Below, in pieces: positions 12,501 to 27,736 of a stretch of DNA of 45,053 bases (positions within the stretch are counted from its first letter, which is position 1; each line of letters begins with the position of its first letter). The translations under genes were made by a program, and so were the position numbers. The DNA is from Spirogloea muscicola (lineage: Eukaryota): contig WELB01000009.1 in assembly GCA_009602725.1 (NCBI GenBank), forward strand, positions 561,028 through 606,080, in the 5' to 3' direction. The notes below the pieces were generated by a model. That model made no database searches. It was not told the origin of the DNA and was given only the letters and a program-made list of their open reading frames with translations.

Positions 12501-15500
12501 AGCTCCTCCAGCGTCCCCTTCATCACCACCTCCAAGTCCTCCTAAGCCACCTCCATCACCTCCGCCCTCCTCCCCACCTCCTGGTCCACCACCTCCTCCA
12601 GTGTCCCCCTCCTCACCACCTTCAAGTCCTCCTTTGCAAGCTCCACCATCTCCGCCCTCCTCTCATCATTCTCCCAGATCTCCAGCTAAGGCCCCCCCTC
12701 AACCTCTTCTTCCACCACCTCCACCACCTCCGAGTCCTCAAAACCCGCCAACCCCACCTCAATCACCTCCATTCGCCTCCCCTCTTCGTCACAGTCCTCC
12801 AGCTGGCCTCCCACCTCTTCCTTCACCTCCTCCTGTGTCCCCCTCTCCTCCACCTCGTAGTCCTCCGCAGCCACCTCCATTACCTTCACCGTTCTCCCCA
12901 CCTCCGCCTCCACCACCTCCTCCAGCATCCCCTTCACCACCACCTCCAAGTCCTCTACCACCTCCAAGTCCCTACAACCCTCCACCCCCGCCTCAAGCAG
13001 TGCCATCACCTCCATTCTCCTCCCCTCCCCCTCACAGTCCTCGGGCAGGCCCCCCACCTCCACCACCTCCCCCTCCACCACCACTTCCTGCGTCCCCCTC
13101 TCCACTACCTCCAGGTGTTCCTTTGCCACCTCCATCACCTTTGACCTCTTCCCCACCTCAACTGCCTATACCTCCAGCAGCTCCTCTTCCTGCGCCCTCC
13201 TCACGACCACCTATGAGTCGTCTTTTGCCACCTCCATCACCTTTGTCCTCCTTTGAGCCCCCACCTCAAGCTCCACTTCCAACACCTCCTCCGGCATCCC
13301 CACCTCCGGTAACTTCAAGTCCTCATCGCCTCTCACCTTCTCCGCTGTACCCACCTCCTCTGAGTCCTCCACCTCCTCCTTCACCACCTCCTCCCTCACC
13401 ACCATCTCTGCCCCTATCCCCATTCCCTCCACTTCCTCCTCCACCGTCTCCGCAGACCTCCCCACCCCCTGGTCTGCCTCCTCCACCAATTCCACCACCT
13501 TCGCCATCTCCCGACAGCTCTCCTACAGGACCCCTACCTCAACCTCCACCCCCGCAACTCCCTCCTGCGTCCTTCTCTCCTCCACCACCTCTGCCATCAA
13601 CACCCTACTTCCCTCCTCCTCATAGTCCCCACAGCGTCTCAGTTTCGCCTCCACCTCCACCACCACAACCTCTGATGCCTCCACCTCCTTCTTCATCATC
13701 TCCACCCTCCTCTTCCCCTCACAGTCCTTCTGCTAGCCCCCCTCAACCTCAATCACCTGCTCCTGTAAACCCCTCCCCTCCACCACCCCCTCTGGCATCC
13801 CTCTCTCCTCCAGATCTAAGTCCTCCCAGCCCTGTACTGTCATTTCCGTCTCCATCCCCACGCCCTTCAAATGCTGGTCCACCTTCTCCACCACCAAAAT
13901 CACCTCCACCCTCTTCTTCTTCCAATGCCAGTGCTTCTAGCCCCCGACCTCAGTTTGCGTTACCTCCTCCTGAGTCCCTTTCTCCACCCTCCTCCCCTCG
14001 TCATCAAATGATTCCTCCTGGCCCTCCACCTCAGCCCTCGCCAGCTTCTTCGCCAACTTCTTCGCCAACTCCTGTGTCACGCTCTCCACCTTCCAGTCCT
14101 CATAGCTCGGTACCCCCACCTCCATCTCCTTCTCCACCATATGTAGTAATATCTCCACCATTCTTCCCTCCCACTCAGAGTCCTCTTGCTAGCCCCCCTA
14201 GTCCACCCCCTCTTCCACGTCCCCCTGCTTCACTCTCACCTCCATCTCCAAGTCCTGGTGCTCCACCTCCTTCTGCACCGCCTCCAGTCGTTCTCTTGCC
14301 TCCCCCTCCTCAGCCTGGTCCACCTCCAGCTCCAGTTGCTCCAGTCCCGTTCCCTCCTCCGCCTGTCATCATGTTATCACCACCCATTCCTCCGCCCCCT
14401 GGGATGAAGCTGACAAGCCCGCCCATATTACATCCTCCATCCCCAGCTTCTCCAATCCTCTACCTCAGCCCGCACCCCCCTCCTTCCAGCGGCCATGCAC
14501 CAGCTCCTTCCCCCAGCTCCACTCCGATCCCCCACCTCCCTCCTCCACCCTTACTGAGCTTGCAGCCAAGCCCATCTTTCCCCTTTCTACCACCTCCGCC
14601 ATACTACCAGCATGACCACTCTGGCTCAGCCCGCGATCACCCTCCACCTCCACCGCTTCTTGAAGCTCCACCTCCTTCCTCACCACCTGCCCGCTCTCCA
14701 GCGTCGCCAGCCCCATCTACTTCCACGCCTCCATTGTTGGGGCCAAGTCCAGCTCCTGCACCCTTGCAGATGCCACCCCCTCCCTCCTCAAGGGCTGCGC
14801 CACCAGTGCTGTCAAGGCCTCCACATCCTGTCCTTCCTCCGCCCTCCATGGCCTCACAGCCACCGCCACAGTCAACAGCCACACCTCCGACCGGCACCCC
14901 ATCCTCCACACAGGCCCCGCCGTCACTACCGCCACCGCTGCCGCCGCCGCCGCACAGCTTGGCCAAGCCACCAAGCACATCACCTTCACCGCCCCCACCT
15001 TTGCCTCCACCAAATGTTCCACTTACACCCTCTCCTCCGTCCTTCCCTCCACCTAGACCTTCACCACTCAGTGGTCACTTGCCTCCACCTCCTTTGGGCC
15101 CCTCCCCTCCACCTGTGACTGGCCCCGCCCCCAGTCCTGCCTCTCCCAGTCAGCTCCCTCCCCCAGCGCCGGTTCTCCAACCTCCACCAGCAGCCGCTGC
15201 ACCATCGTCATTGGGCACTGGCAACGCTTCCTCAGGATCAAGCCACACCCACCCTCCTCCAGCTCCACAGCCAGTGCAGAGTCCTATCGTCCCATCACCT
15301 CCTCCCCTCTCTGCTCCTCCATATTCACCTCCTCCACGCTCAACCTTGTCACCAGCTCCATCCCCGTCCGTACCGCCGCTCCCACCTCCACCTTCATCTC
15401 CATGGCCCCCTCCGCTGCTTTCACCACCTCCTCTGCCAATGCCATCGCCAGTTCCGCAGACCCACCCCCCTCCTTTGTCAAGGCATCCACCTCCATCTAC

Positions 15501-17244
15501 TCCCTCCACCCCTCTGCCTTCGCCGTCTGCAACACATCCGTCGCCGCCATGGCCGCAAGCCACTCCCTCATCTTACTCCAGATCCCCTACTCCCATACCA
15601 CACCACCTCCCTCCAGTCTCTCCTCCTCAAGTAGCAACGCCACCTCATGTTGCTCAACCGCCTAAGAGTCTACCTCCCTCCTTCCATCCTCCTCACCTAC
15701 AGCCCCCTCCTTCATCCTCCCAGAATCAACCTCCGGAGTTCCCCCCTCCTCTGCACCACCAGGCCCCTCCTGCCTTCCCCTATCCATCCCACCAGGAGAC
15801 CTCTCCTCCCCCCACTCAGACACCCTCTCCCTCCTCCCCCTTACCTCCTCCTCAAGAGTCTTCACCTCCCTCCTCTCAAAGTCCACCTTCCTTCTTGCGG
15901 CCTCCTCCGCCCCAAGAGGCCTTCCCTCCTCCATCTCTCACTCCCCCGTCCACCAATTCTGGGAAACCTAGTCCACCTGCTGCTTCTGGTTCTCCTTCTC
16001 CAAATTGTACCTGCAACCAGGCTCAGCCTCCCCCAGAGCCCTGCCCACACCATGGCCATCTGAAGAGGCACCACCACGCACACCAACATCGTAAGCTCAC
16101 GGGCTCTCGATTCTGGCACCTGATGGCCAATTGTCTTACAGAAGCCTCGCGCCAGTCTTAGCAAGTCAGTCTTGCTAATGAAATTGCATCCACATGTTGC
16201 AGGCCCAAGCACAAACGATACACAGCCGGGCGTGAGAGGTGATCCCCACCTCATTGGCAAGCACGGCGAAAGGTTTGATTTCTTAGGCAAAGCCGGGAAG
16301 AGCTACTGCCTCGTTGCTGACAAGGCGCTTAACATCAACATGAAGCTTGTGGCTGGGTATCGCAAGCACACAACAGTAAGTACTTGATCAAATGCCCAAA
16401 CGACCAATTGCAATAGTTTTCGGGGCACTATCAATATGTGAGATGTGCTTTCACTTTCTTGCATCACCAAACATTGCAATGGCTGATGCCCTTGTTGCTT
16501 CTTCTGACGCTCATGAAATACATGGGGGTAATGACATGCCTGCCTGCTCACAAGCAGCTCTGCTTATGCACTCTTCCGATTGCGTGCTTGCAGTATATCA
16601 CACAGATAGGCATCATATTGGGGAAAGTGCAAGTACGTATATCTGCAGACAAAGCTCCTCGGACACCCGGCAAAGTCAGAGACGTGATGCTGGGCGAGAT
16701 TGACGTCAACGGCGTCCTCCTTGCATCAACTGTAAGAAACATGACTATTGGAGAGCTGGAGCTCAGGAGGTCCAGGCGATCTGTGAGACTCGTGCAGATG
16801 GGTTTGTTGGACGTGGAGGTGGAGGTGAAGCGTGTGGTGTACTGGAAAGGTGGACCTCAGCAATTCTATGTGAGCACCTACCGAGCCCCAAAGCTCATGA
16901 TATGCCGACCCTTCTACTTGTCTGACCTGGTAGAAAGGGAGAAGAGCTCGCCCATAGAGAAGGAAAGCTAGCTGACATGATAATGAGACTTGATAATGAA
17001 ACTGCTGACTGATCAGACACTCCTGCCTTCGTGTGTGCAGCTGAATGTCAACGTGGACCAGCTGCAAGTGTCGGCAACTGTGCATGGCGTGCTGGGCCAG
17101 ACGTACCGCAAAGCAGCACCTCTTGGCCGACAACACCGTAGGCGCCACCATGGCGCCTTCAAGATCGAAGGCACAGAGCTTGACTACCGCACAGCCAACG
17201 TGCTGGATCCTGGTTGCCGCTGGGGTCCGCAAGGCCAGAACTGA
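6518..17244 (+). CDS. Giant secreted chimeric hydroxyproline-rich glycoprotein: signal-like N-terminus, Pmp-like/pectin-lyase-fold beta-helix repeats, ~2100-aa Ser-Pro(n) extensin-like stalk, C-terminal GDPH root-cap/VWD-like domain
   Basis: Proposed exons 6518-6653, 7005-7139, 7395-7597, 7756-7842, 7977-8153, ~8424-8606, ~8774-8920, 9062-9160, ~9306-9486, 9605-16090, 16203-16375, 16594-16869, 17041-17244. Repeated GGA(V/I)Y..FxxN motifs occur N-terminally (EGGAVYV, AGGAVYI, FGGAIYL, EGGAVHL, SGGAIS). C-terminally: GDPHLIGKHGERFDFLG..YCLV.D..LNIN and VHGVLGQTYR (root-cap family motifs). Splicing around 8153-8430 is uncertain. Confidence 0.85.
9800..12620 (+). repeat. Coding tandem repeats inside the extensin exon: ~76-aa units (~9800-10620) then ~95-100-aa units (~10985-12620)
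   Basis: Repeated PSPPPFSPPPPPPSPPPHSPPPHHPPPSPPPEFPSPPPFSPPP, and repeated SH..PHPPQSVPSPP.SPPPPHSPPAGPPPQPP. Confidence 0.85.
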
Positions 17245-17689
17245 TCATGCACAGATCTTCTGTGCTGAATGCCACACTCACCAGTGGTTAGGCATATCTG
17301 CAGCTCTGTCGTATAGGAGAGAATCTTGAGCCATCAATTCATTGTGTACACGCCAGTCATTAGGAGTACCTGCAGCTCCCCCTTACAGCAGATTATTGAT
17401 GTAGTTGCCAACATCAGAATGCTAGCACATGTTACCTTTTTCCTTTACCTACATTGTGGTCAATAATTTAGTAGCAAGAAATTCGCAGTGCCCACCCATC
17501 CCATACATTCCCATCGTCTGCAGAGACAGCTGCAGCATTTCCTATTCTTTCAAGTCTTAGGTTAGTTTGGTCTCAACCCAATGTACATTGTCAAGCGTTC
17601 CACTGGCTTCCTAGACGCGCTCGCAGCCGATTGCTGCAAAATACGGTCCTTGGCTTGCAGCCGTTTTGGATAGCCGGCAGGCGATTGGG

Positions 17690-18250
17690 CATGCGCCAGC
17701 TGGCCCTTCCGTGCGCTGGGCCTGGCCAGGGCCTTGCCAAGCAGCTGCCTCCCCGAGCTGCCCAAGCTGCATTCTGCGGCTGCTTCATGCGCAGCCACCT
17801 ACCCCATTGTCCTCCTGGACCTTGTCAGTTCTGGACCTTGTCATTCTTTTGTCATTCTAGTGGGCCTCACACAACCATTGCCTTCATCTATGGAGAAAGT
17901 TGCTTCCTGGCCTGGCCCTTCGCACGTTGTTCAATCTTTTGTCTGGGCTTGCCAATCCCAGCCATCGCCCTCTACTGAAAGAGTCTTCCTCTCTTTGCAG
18001 CGCTCGCCCCTTCGGACGAGCTTACTTCTTTGGAAGAGCTGCTACTCCTGACATGGCAACTAGTTGCCAGGTGTCCTCATTCACAGCTTGATATTTGAGC
18101 AACGGCCCGTTGACTAGGAATACTTAATCTCGAGATGAAGTTGGTAGATTGACCAACACCCTTGCTCCAGTGGTTTTTCTGGCTGGCTGCTTACAGCTAC
18201 TACCTCTTGTGGAAGCCCCTCTTTCAAGCTTGACTCCTCCCAGCCATTGC
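17690..18250 (+). mobile_element. Cluster of degenerate CRE-like 3' ends between convergent genes
   Basis: Hairpin variants GGGCCTCACACAACCATTG (~17862), GGGCTTGCCAATCCCAGCCATCG (~17945) and GGCTGGCTGCTTACAGCT (~18181), with GGAAGAGCT/TTC-type tails. Confidence 0.5.
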
Positions 18251-19176
18251 CTTTGAGTAGAAGCAGCCCAGCTGGCTCTGTCCGGCCAGTTTGTCTAGAA
18301 ATTGTTTTCCTTCCTTCCCTTTGTATTAATTGCTTCTCGTTCTCCAATATAACCTGATATGCTTGACTGGCGCTCAGTGAGCAGTACACCTTTAGCGGCC
18401 CACGTTAGCAAAGAGTCAACCAATGTATTCCATGCCTGACATATGGCAGCCACTGCCAACCGACTAAGAGGATTTGGTGGAGATTAGTATTAGCTAGCAC
18501 GACAATGCTTGCCAGCACATGAAGCGAAGCACTTGCTAATATATGATTTACTTGTGGGTTGGTTGCAAAAATGTCATACGTCATTGCTCTCGGGTTCTAG
18601 TCTTGGATGGAATTACGATTGGTGTGCGTTCCTCATGCAGACTGCTGTGTACTATGGTACACTGATAAAGCCTTGCATCATAGAGGCATCTACCCTACCA
18701 GGCATCACTGCCGGAGGCGAGAGTGAGCCTCGATCAGAGATGCCAGACTTAGCCCCAGACGGAGCCCCAAGCCAGGTGAACCTGGAATAATCATCATCAA
18801 CACTTTGAGTAGCTCGCAGTGCCTACAGCAGCATATCATGATTCGTCAAACCTCGACGATGAGGTGGGGCATGAGCAGATTACAGGCAGCATCATCCAAG
18901 TCCAAAAAGCGAAAATGCTAGACCTTACAGACTCAACTGACTGGCTTAATTGACAATAGCCACTTGATGACATGCTTGAGCCCGTGTAAGCCCTGCAGGG
19001 TCATCAGGCAGCGAACGAAGCAGCGGCAGCGGCAGCAACAAACTTGCTGAGAGGCCGCCAGCTCTTGGGGCGACTGCAGAGTGCACAATCCGCCTACGGC
19101 CATCAGCCGAGTGTTGCAGTTGCCCTGGAGACGGGCCCACAGGGGTGCCGATTTCTGCACTGCTATTGGTCAGTCT

Positions 19177-22100
19177 TCAGCCACTGCCGACCGCCACTGC
19201 TGCCTCCAGCTTCGCCCCAGCCACCACCATGCTATCAAGCTGCGCCTCAATCCAGTTTTCAATCATGACCTGCGAATGTCGGGGCTGGTCGACTGGGACC
19301 TGCAAATGAAGGCCGACACGTAACCCTGAGCCCTGAACTTTGAGTCTGTTGCCATGCACCCTCATGATACAAATCATTTGAGATGCTGTAGGTCTGGGAC
19401 ACTGATTCTTATCACAAGTCCGCAGCACTATGCACTGCTGCACGTTACCTGGTGGCCAGCACCAGTAACCTCAACGTGCGTGAGGTTGTCGAGCTGGCGC
19501 CAATATCCCGCGAGGCGACCATCGACGCGCCAGAGCCGGCGCTCTGCGCCCCAGAAGGCATCATTCCGGTCCCAGTCCAGGTCCGCCATCCAGGCCAGGG
19601 AGCTAACAACGCCATCCTTGGCATCGTACTGGCCCTGATACAGCAGCATTGGGAGGCCTGCGCGCACGCATGCCTCCACCTTCCACTTGCAACTCTTCAT
19701 GGTGTCCTGCAACAAGTGACGCTCAGACTCAGTCCTTGTAGACATGGTTAATTGTGCAATTTGGCTGTGTCAAACTAGAACACTGTTTTCTGTAAATCAG
19801 GACTCGATGCTGTTTGTTTTCTTTGTGCCAGAGGCGCAGAGGTTGATGGAACGCCGATAAGCTGCCAGGACCCTTGGCGGGCAAGCAGCGCAGCAAGACC
19901 CAGGTGTCAATCCTTACGAAAGAACACTCATAATCGCAGCCTTTCACTTCAGCTTCGTGGTGCTAGGGCACAGGGCAGCCCGACTTGCCGGTCCATACTC
20001 CCCAGCAGCAATAGATCTGAAATATTACATGCTAAAATTGTACCATAGGCCCCACACACTACGGCCTAGATATCAAAGCTTGTAAGAGCAAGGGCAAAGA
20101 CAAGGGAGAAGCTATCATGCCCAACGACTCGTGCCTCACCTCTGCCATGTGCAGGCGGATGCTTTTCCGGCAGCTGACCCAGTCCACGTCGGCATCCGCG
20201 CCAAGGGCCGCTTTCACTTCTGGCCGATTCAGGAATAGTGCGAGGTACTCAATACCGTCCTGCAAGTGAGACATCGGCGCATACAGACATAGCTTAGTGA
20301 TCTGAGTGCTTGGCATTTGCTTCGATCCAACTTCCCAATGGAGTCAGCGTGGCCCAGAGCGACCAGCTTTGTGCATCTTGCAAGCCTTATTCTCTATTGC
20401 AGGCGCACCTCTGTAGCGTGGTACTTAGCATAACGCCGCACGTCGAGCAGCGTGGGAATGCCGCCGTGCTCCTCAATCCACTCGCACAGCCTCGTGCGGC
20501 GGTGGTGCGCTGCCACCCACTCCTCCCTGCCACCTCGCAGACACAGGGCGGGGCAACTCAACCTCATTAAGAAAAGTGATTAGCATTGATGTTGAGTGAT
20601 ATGATATATATTTACAAGGGCAAAGCATTGCTGCACTTGTTGACAACACAGCTACTGCCGCGATTGGCGGCCACCCAAGCAGCTGGCATCAAGAGAATGC
20701 AGAGATCTTGCGGGCAGCGTGGCTGCAGAGGGCGCGCCTGTCCACGAGATCAACGACGGCCTCCGCCTCGTGCTTGACGTGCTCCGCCTGACGGCCATCT
20801 AGCAGGCCAAAGTGGTATGCAACCTCGCCATGGACCTGGACCTGCCGTCAGAGGGTCGAGAGCAGACGGCGTCAGCAGGTGTGCCGACAGGAGGCCCCTG
20901 CAAGGTGCAACAGCCCACATGATGCACTCACTGGCTTCTGGGTGTGTCACAGATAGTCAGCATCCAATTACAATGAGAAGGATGTCCAGGTTAGCCTGCT
21001 CTATGCAGGCGCCACTAAGCCGCGCAACCTGTGATCGGGGATCGGTGAAGCCATTGCCGACGGCCATGCCAAGAAGGCGGAAGGGCAGGCGCGGCTCCTT
21101 GGCGCTGCCGCCCCCGCTGGCGCCGCGCCGCACCTCTTCCAGCAGGCGATGAGCGAGCGACGGGACGTACTTGCCACCGTAGCTTTCGCCGGCGACAACG
21201 AGCGGGCGGCCAGCAAAGTCGGGGTTCTCTCCGAAGAAGGCCAGCAGCCCGTGGAGCAGGTGCTCTGCGACTCTGGCCTGGTCCGTTGGCGCAGTCTCGC
21301 TGGGTCCCACGACGCTAAAGCCTGTGCCGATGGGGTTGTCGACGAATAGCACGCCATACCTGCCCCGATGCCAGCAGGCAGCCTGGCGGGCGTCACACCA
21401 AGGTGTTGGTCATGGACGCCTCAACAGCCTGCTGCCAAGGCCTTGGTAACACTCTTACACTTGGACCTTGCAGATCTGAACGTCAGATTTCCTAACAGAT
21501 GCTGACGTCTTAAGCTCGCCACTAAGAGCCTAACTTTCAGTAGTCGAGCCTAATCCTTTTTGTGTACAAGGTGCCCCACACCAGCGCTCGGAGCTCGTAG
21601 AGTCAATACTGAACAAGCATACATATGGTATGCCCACCATGATGGACCAGTCAGAGAATACAAGCAACGCACAAGCTTGGAGTCCTGATATCTTGGGGCG
21701 GACGCGATTGCGGCAGCCTGACCTGCGGTTCCAGGCGCCGGCATTGGGTACGAGGCGGCCGTCGACGCCGGCGACGCGCCAGGGCCCGAGCTCGTAGAAC
21801 GCGCCGATGAGGGAGGAGCATCCGGGGCCGCCGTTGAGCCAGAGGATGAGCGGCGTGTCGCGGAGCGGCCGCCCGCCAGGGTCCGACGCCTCGTAGAACG
21901 TGTAGAAGAGGCGCGAGGCCGACCCCGCCGCCACCGGGACATAACCCGAGAGCGTCGGCAGCTTGTCGCCGCTAAAGTCGGCACCATCCGGCAGTGGGCT
22001 GGCAGTCGTTGGTGGCGCCTCAGCGCCGGCGCGCGGGGCCTGTGGACCATGACTACCGGACCATTAGGACGAAAATTCGGCGTTAATCAACCCCAACCTT

Positions 22101-22540
22101 AGATTTGTACCTGTGTCCCTGGATTGCGAGTCTTATTGCTCTTGTCAAGCAAAGGTGCCAGCTGGCAGCAGTCCCGGACCTTGCGCACGACTCGCCTCGC
22201 TGCCACAGCAGCGGGAGCGGGCCGCGCCGGCAGCGCGACGCGCAGGAGGCGGTCCGCGTCGCCCGCCGCCGCCGCCGCCGCTGTGGGCGCCGCCGGGAGC
22301 CACTGGGGGCTCTGGCTGAAGGCGGCGGCGAGGAAGGACACTGCGAACGCGCGAGCGGCGGCGGCATCGTGAGCATGGAGGCGTGCGGAGGAGAGCGGCT
22401 GCAAGGAGGGCCGAGCGCCGCTGCCACTACAGCACGGGGGCCGCCGGAGGCAGACCCTTGGCGGCCAGCAGGAGGCAGCTGCCGGCGGGGCTGCCACGGC
22501 GCAGCGTGCGCGCCGCCAGGAGGGGCCTTCTGGAGATCAT
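19177..22540 (-). CDS. Serine carboxypeptidase-like protein (peptidase S10, SCPL50-like); the 5' end may extend toward the gap
   Basis: Spliced motifs LPTLSGYVPV, LFYTFYEA, LILWLNGGPGCSS, LFVDNPIGTGFS, catalytic GESYGG, AVGNGFTDP, YQGQYD, GAGH|QVPVDQP. Stop at 19177-19179. The start ATG at 22540 (MISRRPLL..LLLAAKVSFLAAAF) is tentative. Confidence 0.92.
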
Positions 22541-22805
22541 GGCTGCCGCCCGTCCCGGCGGGGCTGCAGGCGGCAGAAGCGAGGCACGATCAGGTGCCTG
22601 CTGCTGATACAGGCTCAGCCGCCAAGTCCTTGCTGCAAGCGCTTAGACATGTACTGCCTGTGCTCGTCGCCATGGCGCCAGCGCGCGGGTGTGCGCGCGC
22701 CAGCGAGGCTGGCGGCGCTTCTGCTGCGGCTTGGCTGGCCCGACGCGCGAGCAGCAGGCTTGCCAGGCCGACCTGCGGGCGCCGTCGCGGGCGCGGGCGC
22801 GGCGG

Positions 22806-22818
22806 GATCGGAAGAGCA
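22806..22818 (+). other. Illumina adapter remnant at contig edge
   Basis: GATCGGAAGAGCA, the start of the TruSeq adapter, immediately before the N gap. Confidence 0.85.
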
Positions 22819-26584
<3,766 letters not shown>

Positions 26585-27736
26585 GGCTCTAGGCAGATAT
26601 AAGTGCCATTTTGTCGGTCAAGCATGCAGGAGAGAACACACCTCACCACCCCGCAAGATCACGGCCCCCAACCCTCTTGGCTGCATGGCCTGTCTGTTCC
26701 GCAGATGCCACGATGCCTTGGCAAGTTAGCAAGGCCATAATCTGTGTTCATCCTGCATGATGTGAACATCAGAACAAGTGGGACAACCATGAAGTGTAGC
26801 CACCCACGGTGCCTCTCCATGACAAGCCAATGACATGCATTGTGATATGGCTATGCAATTTCTGGCATTGGCTCCTTGAGCACCTGAGCCACTTCCTTTC
26901 CACGGGTCCTGGACTGCTGAAGAGCGGTTGCAGGCTGTGCCAAAGACGTAGCGCAAGCTCGTCCGCAGCTGACATGCCACCAGTGCATTACGAGGTGAGG
27001 TGCTAAGCATCTGCACTGCTTCCAGTCTGCATCGTCCAAGCACGTCTGCCTCCTAAGTGCACCCTCGCTCTCGCTCACGTTCTCCTTCTCACTCTTGCTC
27101 TTGCCTCGCTCCCTCCACCCCCCAATTCTCTTATTCTCTCTAACTCTCTGTCTGTCTGTCTAAGTATGTGTCCAAAGTAATTCAAGAATATGCGTCAAAC
27201 CAACCAATAATTGCTAGGATGGTTCGAGGATGTGAGCTTCAGTATGATAATAAGTCTGCTATATAATTTCCATCACAGGTCACTGAGTAGTGCTCCTTAA
27301 AGAGCATTCTGTGTTGTTAAGTATTGTGTTGGCCAACCACCGCGCACGCCGAGGAAGCTCAGAAGCAACTCCCGGAGGCTAAAGAGTCCAATGCTTGGAT
27401 CTCAGGGTTGCAGCAAGAGCAGGTCTTTCCGTGAGTCACCGGCCTGCACTTGCACCAGCAAAGCAAACCTTCAAGCTGCTTACTGGGGACCCAGGATGTA
27501 TCCACCGGGCTTACTTTCTCAAGCTGTCGGTAACACAGATGCCCAAGTGAAATGTACTAGTCCTCATTTTCCAAACGTATGCAGAATGAAATGCAAGTCA
27601 GGAAGATCACTGGAAAAGCTTGAGAGTGAATGCAAATTTTCAAGTAGATGTGGACTTGAGGGTCTACATCCGCTGCTCCAGCATAACAGATGGCATGCTT
27701 GCTGCTTCATGCCATAGCTCAAGCTAAATCATTGGC

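Noticed and set aside
18250..19170. Possible extra gene between the extensin and carboxypeptidase genes
   Set aside because: Only short ORFs without recognisable homology; cannot be supported.
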